NCBI RefSeq assembly: GCF_001194135.2
Contig: NC_068983.1
Location: 19,355,380-19,419,379, forward strand
DNA from: Octopus bimaculoides
Taxonomy: Eukaryota
Reading direction: 5' to 3'
Length of the DNA stretch: 64,000 nt
The notes under the pieces were generated by a model. It was not told the origin of the DNA, searched no databases, and was given only the letters and a program-made list of their open reading frames with translations. This document shows, one piece after another, positions 1-13,374 of the stretch (positions within the stretch are counted from its first letter, which is position 1; each line of letters starts with the position of its first letter). The position numbers and the translations under genes were made by a program.

Positions 1-200
1 TGCAAAGGTTGTCAAACATGGGGGTCAGTGCGCGTCTATTGGAAAACCTAGTCTCACCGACAGCAATTGCATCCAATTCTAAATATGTGAAGTCATTGAG
101 TGGGCGCCCTTGCGTCTAGGATGAGCCCAGTTCTGGAACTGTTATGGGTTCCAGAAAGTCCTGTTTGAAGTCACCACATCGAAGTACGTCGAAGTTGACA
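1..200 (-). mobile_element. Degenerate APE endonuclease N-terminus of an L1/Tx1-like non-LTR retrotransposon, running off the window edge
   Basis: Reading through the stop at 116-118, the minus frame continues TQGRPLNDFTYLELDAIAVGETRFSN, which fits the APE motif I pattern (L..L.lDiia..ETR). Confidence 0.45.
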
Positions 201-544
201 CCAGGTTTTTCAATAAGAAAAACCAGTGGAATTGTAGATGGAGAAGATTTTGTATTGGTAAATTCTGAATTTAGGTGCGAATTACCACGAATAATGCCTA
301 ACACTAATGCATTTACGACAGAATAACTTATATCTTATATGATTTGCTAATGAATTTCTGTTTGTGTTAATTGGCACTTTGATTAGTTACTTAACACATT
401 TGTATAAGGTAGCGCAGATAATGACAGATATTAATGTTAGAAACCAATAATGTGGCTTCCTATAATAAATTAATATTCTTTCCCAATTATATATCTTATA
501 TTAGTTAAGCACACACGTCATTTGGAAGTCCTGAGACAATTGAT

Positions 545-586
545 TCTCTCTCTGTTTCTCTCTCTCTGTTTCTCTCTCTCTGTGTT

Positions 587-639
<53 letters not shown>

Positions 640-654
640 GTGTGTGTGTATATA

Positions 655-748
<94 letters not shown>

Positions 749-781
749 AAAATATAGATAGATAGATAGATAGATAGATAC
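545..781. repeat. Compound microsatellite (CT)n-(TA)n-(GA)n-(GATA)n
   Basis: Directly visible. The CT and GA arms around the TA core form a quasi-palindrome. Confidence 0.95.
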
Positions 782-930
782 ATACATACATATTATATAT
801 GCAAGTGTATGTGTATGCGTGTTTTTGTGCTTGTATATATAAATCTATATGTATGTATCTATGTAGATATGGATGTATGTATATGTGCATATTTGCATAT
901 TTTGTTTTATGTATGTTTTCTCATGCATAT

Positions 931-1308
931 ATCAGGTCATCCCATAAGTTCTGTCCGAATTTTGAATAAAGAAAATAAGTAATCAAATGTTATATTTAAT
1001 TGAAATTTAATCATCAATGTACTTTCCCTGATTATCGATGACTTCCTTCCATCTATTTACAAGCTTTTTAATCCCATCAATGTAAAACCCTTTTGGTTTC
1101 AAAGCGAAGAACTCTGAAATTTCAGTTTCGACCTCCTGCCGGCTTGCGAAAGTTATGTCCTCCAAATGATTCTGTAAACTACGAAACAAATGGTAGTCTG
1201 AAGGAGCAAGGGTGCGAGTATGAAATGGATGAGGAATTTTTTTCCCAACCAAGCTCTTCGATCTTCTGTGATGTGATCTTTGCAGTGTGGGGCCGCGCAT
1301 CGTCCTGA
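931..1308 (-). mobile_element. Mariner (DD34D-type) transposon 3' remnant with terminal inverted repeat
   Basis: Minus strand reads QDDARPHTAKITSQKIEELGWEK / IPHPFHTRTLAPSDYHLFRSLQNHL...RWKEVIDNQGKYIDD with one frameshift. A mariner-like TIR, TATCAGGTCATCCCATAAGTTCTGTCC, lies at about 930-957 next to TA. Confidence 0.9.
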
Positions 1309-1309
1309 C

Positions 1310-2417
1310 AAGCTGCATGTAGCGATTACACTCGCTCATACAAGCATCCGCACAAATGTGAGCATAGGCACACGTGAGGGCGGTGTACTCATGATCACAA
1401 AGCCAATTAGTTATTTACTTAGTGTTTATAAGAATGGGGAGGTTAAAAGTAAACTTAAATCATCCATACCTTAAAATAAATTAAATTGAGTTAACGGTTA
1501 CTCAAAATTCATTGTCACTGCATTGTGTGAAAGTATCTTTATATGCGTGTAGGCAACTCGAGAGTTGTTCAGAAATTCTATTATCTTCTCGTTGGTCTAC
1601 AGAATAGACAGCGAATCCTTGGAGCAGAGACAGAATCTGCTGGAAATTATATTAAGGTTTTGCATATCTTACTATGGACCAGTAAATACTGTACTTCGTT
1701 TTATCCTCCCTCAGTCGCCATACAAAATCTGCCAAAGATGTTGAATATGTCTTATTGATTGTCTTAAAGCTGGCAACATGGTTACGATAACGATTGTTAA
1801 ATGAATCAGCCGTTTGCCCAATGTAAACACAAGGCTCTTTCCTTGTGTGCATGGTAGATTTATACACAAGATTTGTACTTATACAGAGATGCATCAAAGG
1901 ACATTTTGATTTATCTCTGCATGAGTATTTATCGTATTTCTTTGTATATCCTGGCGCCATTAACCGGCATTGTCACCGTGCTAGCTGTACCATGAGTATT
2001 TCTACTACTACAGTTTGGTCGTAGTTGGTGTTTATCAATGCGGTTCACATCTCCTTGGTTGATATTTAGATGCAAATGTTCGTTAGATCCAGTAGGTGGA
2101 ATATTGAAGGTTTGTTGCATTTTTCTATTGTTTATGCGATGCACAAGTTGCTCTAAGTTGGCGTAGGATACCTTCACGGTGTGTCGATTAAAAATAGCAT
2201 GATATCGATTAGATTTAGAAAAACACTTGTCGAAAGCAGCAAAACATTTTCCAGCGATCTTGGTTGAAATACGCAAACCAACAATAGTGTTGAACCAGAG
2301 GACATCCTGGTTCCTATATCTATTTTTAGGCTTATTTGATCGAGCGTGTTGTACAGGATTGGAACAAACAGTTGAATTATTATGTAGCATGTATTCTTTA
2401 TACGAGTGAGTTTTCAA
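1310..2417 (-). mobile_element. Penelope-like element 3' part: linker plus GIY-YIG endonuclease and probable pLTR remnant
   Basis: ORF 1929-2417 has RNQDVLWFN...IFNRHTVKVSY. ORF 1652-1960 has CRDKSKCPL..C..NLVYKS...VYIGQT..SFNNRYRNH..SF...STSLADFVW (GIY-YIG), followed by a frameshifted C-L-C tail to about 1540. Confidence 0.85.
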
Positions 2418-3238
2418 TCGTTAACGTGGTGATATACGATGTGCATCGCAGTTGTAGGAATTACCAGTTTTGCTTATGCCATCTTCTTGCATATATTAAA
2501 TTTTTTCACGGTACCCAGCTCTAGCTAAAACATCATTATAAGATGCATGAGATTCGAAAGTTTTATTGTTAGCAGATAATGTATAAAATACCCCACCAAA
2601 CACATATATATACACATTTATATGAATATTTTGAAATTTGACATCAACGGCACACACACACACACACGGACGGATATACACAAACACGCATATGCAAACA
2701 CAAATATGATTGTATGCATAAGTGTGTATGTAACCTCTAAAGATCACATATCTGCACTATTATTTATTATCTTTCGTGTATGTTACTTGACCATTATATC
2801 TGCATCTCCATCATTTCAATATTGATTTCACTCAGGCTTTTATTGTTTTGTATAACAATCGCTGATTATTCGTCGCTGTTATTTGTCGTTAGAATATCAG
2901 TATCACCAGATGTTGATATCATTAGAAGTAGTTATAGAAAAGTGTGATACATATAATTTATACGATTTCTGCTTTTCTTACCATACTGTGCCATAATCAA
3001 CATTACATTATCATTATTAAGATTTGAGATCTTCTTCTTCCCTCAAGGTGTTTTCTGAGTAAGCTGTAGCATTAATTTAATTTTTGCTGCAAAATTCATT
3101 GATGTATTTTCTGTCAATGACCGTAATCAAACAACTTATATATGTTTGTTCAGTGTGTGTATGTGTCTGTATACATATACATACATAAATACAACATGCA
3201 TACATACATACATACATACATATACATACACCCCCGCC

Positions 3239-3288
<50 letters not shown>

Positions 3289-3534
3289 NNNNNNNNNNNN
3301 NNNNNNNNNNNNNNNNNNNNNNNNNNNNNNNNNNNNNNNNNNNNNNNNNNNNNNNNNNNNNNNNNNNNNNNNNNNNNNNNNNNNNNNNNNNNNNNNNNNN
3401 NNNNNNNNNNNNNNNNNNNNNNNNNNNNNNNNNNNNNNNNNNNNNNNNNNNNNNNNNNNNNNNNNNNNNNNNNNNNNNNNNNNNNNNNNNNNNNNNNNNN
3501 NNNNNNNNNNNNNNNNNNNNNNNNNNNNNNNNNN

Positions 3535-3677
3535 CGATAAGCCAGCTGGAGGAGATGTCCTCCTGGGGCTAAAGCAACAGTAACGTCCACCCCTAGGGGT
3601 CAGCCACACTTAAGTGGCAATACACTTCACTTTATCGTGCAGTTACTGTTAATACTTCATTTAGAGAATTACCATTG

Positions 3678-3680
<3 letters not shown>
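3535..3680 (+). mobile_element. Terminus of a young (TA)n-abutting element (probable Penelope pLTR 3' end); inverted copy of 57271-57417
   Basis: About 146 bp differ from the reverse complement of 57271-57416 by 4 substitutions and 1 indel. It ends ...CATTGCTT directly at (AT)n; its upstream part is in an N-gap. Confidence 0.8.
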
Positions 3681-3719
<39 letters not shown>

Positions 3720-4139
3720 TACCATTCGTTTATGTTATTTCTGGTAAAGACACATCTTTCATATAAGAAATTTTATTCTGAAAGATGATTCAGTTTGTGT
3801 GGGTAGTTAAAATATTGATTTCAAATACAAATGTCTTTCATTAGTCGGCCAGCGTATCTAGAAGTGTTAACTAACCGGTCTAAGTGCCAATTAACACAAG
3901 CAGAATTTCATTAGCATATAATATAAGATGTAGTTAACTATTATATTCATTAGAATACGACACGGCTTGTGGTAATTCGCTCCTGAATTATTTTTTTAAA
4001 AATTTACCATATATTTAGAGACTATTTTCAACACTGTAATATATTCATTAATTAATATTTCTTTACTCTGCATCCTTTATTGTTGTGGCTGTAATATTGA
4101 TTTGAAATCTGTTACAAGGCAAGCAATTTCAGGAAAGGC

Positions 4140-4312
4140 GGTAAGCTATCGATACGAACTTGAGTGTTATACTGGTACTTATTTTATGGAACCCTTATTG
4201 ACGAATGGCAATGGTCGCAGTCGTCGAAATTTAAATTCAGAGTGTAAAAACGGACGAAATACCGATAAGCAATTTTCCCTGTGTACTAACGATTCCACCA
4301 ACACGCCGCCTT
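4140..4312 (-). mobile_element. tRNA-derived SINE family A, minus copy
   Basis: Contains TACTGGTACTTATTTTAT...AATTTAAATTCAGAGTGTAAA...CGAAATACCG, the reverse complement of the family A body seen at 4346-4548 and 43540-43745. Confidence 0.65.
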
Positions 4313-4345
4313 ATGTTATGGCTGCAATATTAATTAATTCGTTAA

Positions 4346-4548
4346 GGTGGTGAGCTGAGAGAAGCGTTAACAGGCCGAGCAAAATGCTTAGCGGGATTGT
4401 GTCTGTCTTTACGTTCCCAGTTCAAATTTTGCCAATATCTACTTAGTCGTTCATCCTTTCGGTGTCGATTAAATAATTGCCAGGTGATGTAACCGACTAA
4501 CCTCCTCCCGCAAAACTGCTGGCCTTGAGCTAAAATTTTAAAAGAATA
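4346..4548 (+). mobile_element. tRNA-derived SINE family A, plus copy, head-to-head with the previous copy
   Basis: GGTGGTGAGCTG head, B-box-like GTTCAAATT, and TTCATCCTTTCGGTGTCGAT body. Confidence 0.7.
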
Positions 4549-4559
4549 TTAAGTCCGGA

Positions 4560-7430
4560 GTATCACATTAAACTGCATCTGGAGGTTAGGCCTCATTTCG
4601 TGAGTTCTGTATTTCAGGCGGACGTGAAAACCCTACTTAATTACCATTACTCCCAGGTCCGATCTGAACCGGAAGGGTAGTATCTGTTAGGGTAACATCT
4701 AAGGGTTCATTTTTGTAAGATTAAATTTAGCTACTTAGCTGCAGTGAGAACAATCAGTTTGAGGGAAGGAAAACTCCAAAATTAATACCGTCTTCCATCA
4801 TGCGCTAATCTAGCGCTCCGACGAAACTAATATGAGTTAAGTCGAGCAATGTAGATTCAGATCTGAGGGGCCTTCTCCAGAACCTGAACAGGTAATCAGA
4901 AGGGCACATCAGCAGTTGAGAACTTGACGTGACATATACGACCAGGAGCTAACTAAGGCAACCTTGATCTAAAGTGCAACATGCGATCTGAGAAAATACT
5001 GTAGAAAATTTGCTTTATGTAGTCAAAGAAATGAATTGGAATATGATTGGTTTCTCTGAAACGAAGGTGAAAGGATAAAAAATTGAGATACGTGAGAAAA
5101 CTGGTCACAAACTCTGCGTATCAAAGAATGAAACTACTAGATCAAATGTTGGTTTTCTTGTTAATACAACATGCTTACCACTTATTTATAGCTATGAATC
5201 AATTTCTGACAATTAGCATTTGTAAGGCTAAAAGGAAAATTTTCAAAACTTGTCTTCATGCAATGCTACTTCCCAATTTAGCGCACTCTGAAGAAGACGT
5301 TCTTGAACTTTATGGCAGCCTTCAAGTGATAGTTCATGATACTCCCTTAGAAATCAGTTTGTCATAATGAGTGACTTCAACAGCAAACTTTGCAAGCTAT
5401 ATAACACGTATCCTTCTGTAGAAGGCAAGCATACAGTTGGCAATGGAGATTCACGAGAGGAAAGATTTGTAAATTTCTACATCGGAAATCACCTTTTAAC
5501 AAACATGATGTCTCAAAAGAAAATCCTTCATAAACGACACTCACTGGATCGAAATCCACAAAACGAAATTGACTTTATATTAACACAAAAGCCATTAGTT
5601 CACCAGCGATTTCTTAATCAAAGTTCCAGACATTTCCCATGGTTATCAAGAAAATCAGAATAAGCTTCTCCTGGATAAAGTAACGGACTACTAATCCAAA
5701 ATATGAGCTAAAACAATTAAACAACTCTGACATTTCACATTTCACAACAATTCCAAATTGAACGACGAAATCATTTATCCTTCCTGGAAAATACCAGATA
5801 CAGTAATATTGTTAAAAAATTTCATCAAAGGAATGCTGGAATCTGCGTCAAAAGCCTATCCAAGATCAATCAGGACCAACCTATATGGATGTCTAATAAA
5901 ACACAAGATGCAATCAGAAGCAAACAAAAAATAAGGAAAGAAAAGGGACCAAAATTTGCTCGTCGAAAATTCCAAAAGCAGAATCCAAAAATTAAGGCTG
6001 AAAATGCTAGAAAATTCAGGATAATACTTAAAAACCTTACCAACAATTCCTTGTTGAGCTGAAAGGGCTCTAATCAAAACCTAAAATAATAGCTGAGGAG
6101 TCATAAACCGAAATGGTAATCTTCTGAACATGAAAGGATGAAATTCTTGCAATCCTGAAAAATGAAGTTGACGCTGCCATAAATGTCATGAAATATCGGA
6201 AAGGCCCTTGTCCTGGTAACATCTGTCTTGATAACATTCACTCAAAATACCTGAAAGCTGGCGCAAGCATACCCTCCCTCCCCACGAAAGGTCTTTTATA
6301 CTTCTTCAATCAAATGCTAGTCACAGGCATTTTAAAAAGGCACTACAGTAGTTCTTTGCAAAAAGAAAAATAACCTTCAATGTGGTAATTATCACCAAAT
6401 ACCTTTGTTAAACAGTATTTATAAGGATTTTATAACTGCTATAACAATACGAATAAAACATGACTGGTATGCATCCTTCCCACCCCTTATTCAAGGTTTT
6501 TACAACCTCGGCAGAGAAAACATAGAACAGAAATTTGCTCTTGAACAAATAATTGATAAATCCATAGAATTCATGAGCAGTGTATAAAAGAGTCAAAGAC
6601 TTCATCAAACCAGTTACCAGTGTTAAGTTTCCATGTCTAAGAAAATTTCTTGAAAGCACCGAAATCAACAAAAGATACAAAAAATTATTGAGACACACAA
6701 TATTCTAAAGGTCTTCATCAAGTCCGATATTGGTACCACCATATCTTTCAATATCTTAAAAGGACTGAAGAAAGGAGAGATATTTTCAGCTTATTCTCAT
6801 TTGTATTGTAATCGCCACAATACTTACTAAAACTGAAGATGAATGCCCATTTGGATTCTCAATCGGCAGACACACCCACTCCAATATCAATTACGCCGGT
6901 GATATTAATACAAAGACATAGAATCCTGAGAAGACGTAAATCATTTGTCGATTCTCTTAGAAAATATGCCTGCAGAAGCCGGGCTTTTTATTAGCGTATC
7001 TAAAACAGAATATACGACAGCATAAATTTAGTCCGGACAAAAACCTTACAATATATCGCAAATCAGTAAAGAAAACATCTGAATTCTCCTACCGGACAAA
7101 AACAATAATCTCTTCAAAGACGATGAAATGACAGCTGCAAACCATAAAATTCGACCTATTTGGGCAGCCCTGAGATATGAATAACATTCATCTTACTTCA
7201 AAAGGAATCCGATACCACATAAAATTAAGTATCTACAATAGCTACGTTCTTCCAATGGTTTTATATGGACTAGAATGTGCCAGCTGGACTTCTGTCGCAC
7301 TGCAGAAGCTGGAAGTCTTTCAGAATCATGTACTATGACATCCTAACACGAAGGCATGAACCATGTTATAACTGAAAAATATAAGGAAATTAACAAAATT
7401 ACCGCCAACTCAAACCGTTTGGCGATACTA
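4560..7430 (+). mobile_element. Near full-length but heavily decayed RTE-clade LINE (APE endonuclease plus RT)
   Basis: APE motifs EMNWNMIGFSETKVKG (about 5030-5070), MSDFNSKL and QNEIDFIL (ORF 5367-5663). RT region reads EVDAAINVMKYRKGPCP..NIHSKYLKAG (about 6160-6260) and NINYAGDI at about 6883-6906 (decayed YADD). Many stops and frameshifts. Confidence 0.85.
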
Positions 7431-8225
7431 AGCGAATGGTGTGTGACGTCAGCAAGATCGGTTTGGAATGCATGATTAATTGATAGAGATGGAAAGAGAA
7501 CAATACAGTATGGACATATTTTGACATGGTTTCCTTTAATACCCTTTCTAAAGGTTAAATAACATGGAGGTAACTATTTTATGTTCGTGCGCATTCTATT
7601 TCAGACCTAGATAGTGAGGATTAATTATTAACTATATCACGCATATCTCAACTTTGACAAAAGTGACTAAGTACAACTATTGGAACATATTTCATTCTCT
7701 TTTCCACAAAACAAGACTTCAAATTTTAGATAAAAACTTTATCTACCGACGATTAATAATGTTTCCTATCAATTGACATATTACTGAATTCATTGTTACA
7801 ATCCATCAGTAGATATAGTGTGTGTCCATTATATAATTAAGGCTTATTCTTTGTATATATATGAATCATTTCTTTTTTAGATTCTTCTATTCTTTCCTTC
7901 ACAACTGGTTTTTAGTACATTTGAATATTTATTCATGAAGTACTCCTTAACCTTTGATGCTAACATCTGTATCACTTGGTATCATCGCATAATTGTATGA
8001 ATACTACTTGGTGTAACTTTTTCAACTTGGCACACAATGAATTTCTCCTAAAATTAAAAGCAGTTATTCTTTCGTTAGTGCAATTCAATATCTGTGCAGT
8101 GTGACCTATTTTCAACCATTCAGTAATTATCCTTTGCATCATATCATTTACCTTACTTGTTTCATTCATTGGACTGCGGTTACACACACACACACACACA
8201 CACACATACACACACACACACACAG

Positions 8226-8277
<52 letters not shown>

Positions 8278-8934
8278 GTGCGTGTGCGTATGTGTATAGA
8301 TGTATAGAGTTTATATGTGTGTGTGTTTGTGTGCGTATATTCCTCATGCATTCCAAAACCGAGTTGCTGATTTTGACGTATGGGGTATGAACAAATTCAG
8401 TAAGATTTTGTTTTGGCTCCCAAATAAACTATATTTTCATTCCCATATTTGCATTACAAAAATTTAACATTCTCATTGTTCTTTTAGTCACCTATTGTAA
8501 ACATCTTTTTACCACCACCGTTGACTGACAGGCATATGTGTGTGACGGCGTTTGTGTCTGTCAGTATACATACATTTTTGTGACGATTAACACACACACA
8601 CACACTTCTAAAAACAAAGACAGACACACACAGGGACGGGGATAGGCTTGAGGTGTGTGTTAATGTATGTATGTGTGTGTCTTTGTAAATGTATATGCCT
8701 TTACTCCACCATCACGAAACAGTGAAATGCGCTGATATTGAAAGTTACAACGACCAGGTTTCATTAGAAAGTCAAAACCGTTTCACACTTTCAATTTGAA
8801 CTAAAATTACAGTTTTGGATTACGAGACTAACGATGTGTGCATAATGAAAGTATGGTTTCTCCGAATTAGTCCCATCTCTATAATAATAAAGAAAGTTAC
8901 TTAGGCGATCTTTCGTTTTCACTTGTAGAGCTGT

Positions 8935-9609
8935 CGTCTACGCTCGTTAAGTTTCGCAATTTTTTATTTATTTATTTACTTTTGTTTTAACGTGAAAGAT
9001 GTATGTACGTGTATATGAAATGGGCGTGTGTGAGAGACAGAGAGAGAGAGAGAGAAGAAGAGATAGAGGGAGAGAAAGGGAGAAAGAGAAAGTGAGAGAG
9101 AGGAATGGAGAAAGAGAGAGAAAGAAAGAGAGTGGCTGAAAGGGCTTGTTGTCATGTATACGTACATATATCAATACATATGCATGCATCTTTTTTGTAA
9201 GTACATATGCGTCTGTGTGAGAGAGAAAGGGAGAGAGTGAGTGAGTGAACATGTGTGCTCTCATATATGTGTAGGTGGCACTCACTCTCTCTGTCTTTTT
9301 CGCATGCACACACACACACTTCAATTTCATATAAACGTTCATACATCTTTCACTTTGTCCTGTCTTTCACTTTAAAACAAAAGTAAATAAATAAAAATAA
9401 ATTACGGAAATTAACGGACAAAACAGCTGATCCGGATGACAGTTCGTTGACAACTTTGAAAGTTATAACGAAACATAGCCGCAACGCATGTGTAGAATTC
9501 TACTCAAACAAACATTTATGATCACGTACACATATTCTATTAAAATAAGTCATAACCGCAAAAAATGCATTAAAAAGCATCCATTTCTCTATATTCTATG
9601 ACAAAATAC

Positions 9610-9677
<68 letters not shown>

Positions 9678-9977
9678 GCACAAAAAATATGTAGGCATAT
9701 GTATTTATGGGCGAATGCAAAGAATATGCACACCCCGTGTTTAGGGTTAGGTTTACACTGAAAACGGGTGGTGTACGTATTCTTTACCTCGGCTTATTTA
9801 TGTACGTGTATATGAAAGATACTGTGTATGTGTGTGAGATAGATTGAGAGAAAGAAAGAAAGAAAGAAAGAAAGTCAGAGAAAGAGAGAGAGAGTGAGCG
9901 CCACATGCACATACATGCAAAAAATTCATACATCACAACACACACCTTCACTCACTCACTCACCCAATATCTTTCTC

Positions 9978-10017
<40 letters not shown>

Positions 10018-10027
10018 NNNNNNNNNN

Positions 10028-10073
<46 letters not shown>

Positions 10074-10230
10074 TGTTTTCATATATACGTACATCTTTCA
10101 ATTTCCCTCTCTTTTACTCTCTCTTCTCACTTCAAATAAAATATCGCCTTTTCACTTTATCCTCTCTTTCAATTTCTGCTTTTTTTTCAAAGCATAAATA
10201 AATTAAAAATTTTTACGGAATTAACGAACA
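8935..10230. repeat. Cluster of inverted and direct copies of a non-coding MITE-like repeat mixed with CT/GA microsatellites
   Basis: 8940-9025 is the reverse complement of 9320-9415. 9235-9295 is the reverse complement of 9885-9965. 10065-10230 resembles 9320-9415. Confidence 0.55.
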
Positions 10231-10651
10231 ATCATATGATCCCATATAGCAGCAACAGCTATCTTCCAATATCCTGTCCGACGACGTGGCCTGATACACA
10301 ATTATTATAAATGATGTTGCTTCCAATCGAAAAGTGGACGTGAATTCACTTGACCAACAGACGCCTAAAATCTAGAAGCCATATTGAATTTGATCAAAAT
10401 TCTGTTCTCTTTTTAGATTGCTGACGCTCGTCCTAAGAGCCTAGGAAACAGTAGGTTCCATGTAGATCGGTTAAACTATTATAAAATAATATAAGTAACT
10501 CCTGCCAAACATAGTGAGCGCCACTTTCGTTCGTTTATACACAGTCTCGTATATAAGGTAGCATGAAACTGACTAGACCGAAATAGGATATATTATCAAT
10601 CTCTAGTATGATATAAAGTATTCATTTTGCGACAGTTACCTGCTGAGACCT

Positions 10652-10981
10652 CCTTTCGGTCATGACTGACCATGTGATTGTTCCTAGAAAGTTACCCTCC
10701 GAGGCACAAGTCCGGGCAAGATTGTTTTATCGAAGACCAGCAGTCGCCCATGCATACCGGCCTCCCCTCTCTACGCCACCGGTGTTATCCAAGGGAAAGG
10801 CAATGCCGATACTGCTTCGCACTTGTCACGTCGCAACTCATTTCTACAGCTGAGTGAACTGGAGCAAGGTGAAATAAAGTGCCTTGCTCAAGAACACAAC
10901 ACGTAGCCCGGTCCGGGATTCGAACTCAGAACATCACGATCGTAAGCTTGACGCTCTAACCACTGAGCCATGCGGTTTCAC
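10652..10981 (-). mobile_element. tRNA-derived SINE family C with CORE-like central motif
   Basis: Minus strand reads GCATGGCTCAGTGGTTAGAGCG (A box)...GAGTTCGAATCCCGG (B box)...TTCTTGAGCAAGGCACTTTATTTCACCTTGCTCCAGTTCACTCAGCTGTAGAAATGAG. Confidence 0.85.
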
Positions 10982-11202
10982 AGTTACCTATAAAGAGGTA
11001 TATATGTAAGCATGTATATACACACACATATACATCCATATCTATATATCTATATACACACACATATATATGTATATATATGCCCGTGTGAGTATGTATA
11101 TACATATATATATATAATAATATTAGGGGCAAAATCCAAAATTACAGGTAAAAAACTCAATTAAAATCAATTTATAAAAAATTAAAATTAAATTGAACCT
11201 AA

Positions 11203-11249
<47 letters not shown>

Positions 11250-12679
11250 TACGTACATACACACAAACACACACACACACACACATACACACACACACAC
11301 ATATATATAATATGTGACAGTTGGTTGTAATAATAAAACTCAGATGTTCGTGTGCCGTAGCTGAAGGTATGGTATTCGCTATCTACTGCCACTAGGTGTT
11401 TGTTTACTGCTGACGATAAAGAACGAATTCAAATTCATTTAAAATAGTTCGTTTTCTAGTACGTCGGCACTTACCTCAGTCTCAATAAAAAAAAACTAAC
11501 CAAAGTAACTCGCAATTTGATGGAGACTGGACGGATGCTGTTTTAACGACGAATAAAGACTACAATTATTGCTAGTACATGAACATACCTTTTTTAAATG
11601 TTACTATCATCTCGGAGCCTCTGCAGACATCTTATCTACGATGTTTTTTTGTTTTTTTCATGTCTCTTAATATTTTCTGCTATCTAATTCTAACTCATAT
11701 TAAAATGTATTATACTAATGTGCATTACGAATCTTTTGATATTCAAATAGCTATTTAAGTATTTTGCATTGGAAACCGAATTACCGTGTGATACATTTTA
11801 TATTTTTGATATTGATTTATATTGCTGTATTTCGTTGAAATATTCCTCTGTCGCAATATTGATTACATTTTGCAGAATTTAGTCTATACTTTTTATTCTC
11901 CAAAATGACCTATTTAAAATGTGTTGATACGATATTATTTTCGCTCATCAATATACGATTTCTCTCTCTCACTCTTTCCTCCTCTCTCTGTAAGCTTACT
12001 GGTAAGTTCTATCGTAATATATACACATATATACATATACGTACACACACATCTACACACATACATATTTATGCGCGCACGTGAATATGTGTGTGACAGA
12101 GATATCATGTATATACATAATCGATCTATAAACATATTTATCTTTAATCTAATTACTCATCTGTAAATATATTACTACTGAATAATTTCTTAGAACTATT
12201 TCTTTCATTTATCGAATATTCTTCACAATAAAAACTAGACTATTTACAATCAGAACAAATTGTAATTCAGGATCATTCATTGTAATTTTCTGCATGCTAA
12301 TGAATATTCCATTTTGTCCTCTAAGTTATGATTCTTGAAACATCTGTAATTTCCCATCAAAATCAAGTTGACTGATTTCTTGCAATATAACATGTATATC
12401 AATATCACGTGAGATCCATTGAAAAGTAATTTATATACAACAGTTAATTTTGAAGTTAAATATGATGTCATTTGCTAGAATATATGGATTCAAATGTTAT
12501 TTTTATAAGACACCTCAATAGGTCTGTCGTGTTAGGAGATGCAGTGCAATGCACGAGTTGCCATTTAAAATATGTAGTCTCGTGGATTTTCAAGAGAAGA
12601 AGTATATTATTTCATAATGTCAACAGCAACGATATGTACCCTGTATCTATGTAGACAAATTTCCCATTACGTTATTTAC

Positions 12680-12838
12680 CTGGTTGTGTGCTTTAGAAGC
12701 TTGCTTTACGTGAAATTTGTCTTAAGTCCGGTCTGACATCAAAGCAACTTGGGCAAGTGTCTTCTAATGTTGCCACGAGTCAGCCACACTTATAAATGGT
12801 TTGCGAGACGGAAATTAAAAGAAACCCGTCGTATTTAT
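12680..12838 (+). mobile_element. Degenerate tRNA-derived SINE family B 5' half
   Basis: Contains CTTGGGCAAGTGTCTTCTA and GACGGAAATTAAAAGAAACCCGTCGTAT, shared with the copies at 53035-53438 and 56425-56835. Confidence 0.6.
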
Positions 12839-12844
12839 ATCTAC

Positions 12845-13325
12845 GTGTGTATGTCTATGACATTATTCAGTTTTGTTTCAAGATTACTTGCCAAGAGAAA
12901 AGAGCCGGTTTTTAACAAAGGTCCAAGGATCCTTCCTTGGAATTTCAACAATATCAAAAGGGTATATTTGTTTGTTTGTATGTATGTTATCAATCAGTTT
13001 CATTTCTGTATTTCTTGTCCATAGAGAAAGAGCCGGACTCTAACATAGATTCAAGGCTCCTTCATTGAAACTTTTATCAACATCATCTAGGTATTTGTGC
13101 ATATGTGTGTGTGTGTGCAGTATTTGGTGTTAGTGTATGCGCAGATTTGTATGTTTGTTTTATGGATGCGTTTTTATGTCTAGATGCATGCATATGTATT
13201 TATGTGCTAAATTTTTGGAAAGTTTTACATATCTTTACAGTTCCATTGATGGCTTGAATCTGTAGTCTTCTAATCAGCCTTTTTCTTTAAGGTTTTGAGA
13301 ACCCTAATTTTTCCAGGGTTTTGTT
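12845..13325 (-). mobile_element. Two 5'-truncated 3'UTR copies of an R4/Dong-like element in tandem
   Basis: The GAAAGAGCCGG...CAAGG..CCTTC.TTG.AA block recurs at about 12890-12950, 13020-13085 and 13425-13490. The TTACAGTTCC..TGATGG block recurs at about 13237 and 13628. Confidence 0.65.
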
Positions 13326-13374
13326 GAGGCAGTATGTATGTATGTATGTATGTATGTATGTACATATGTATGTA

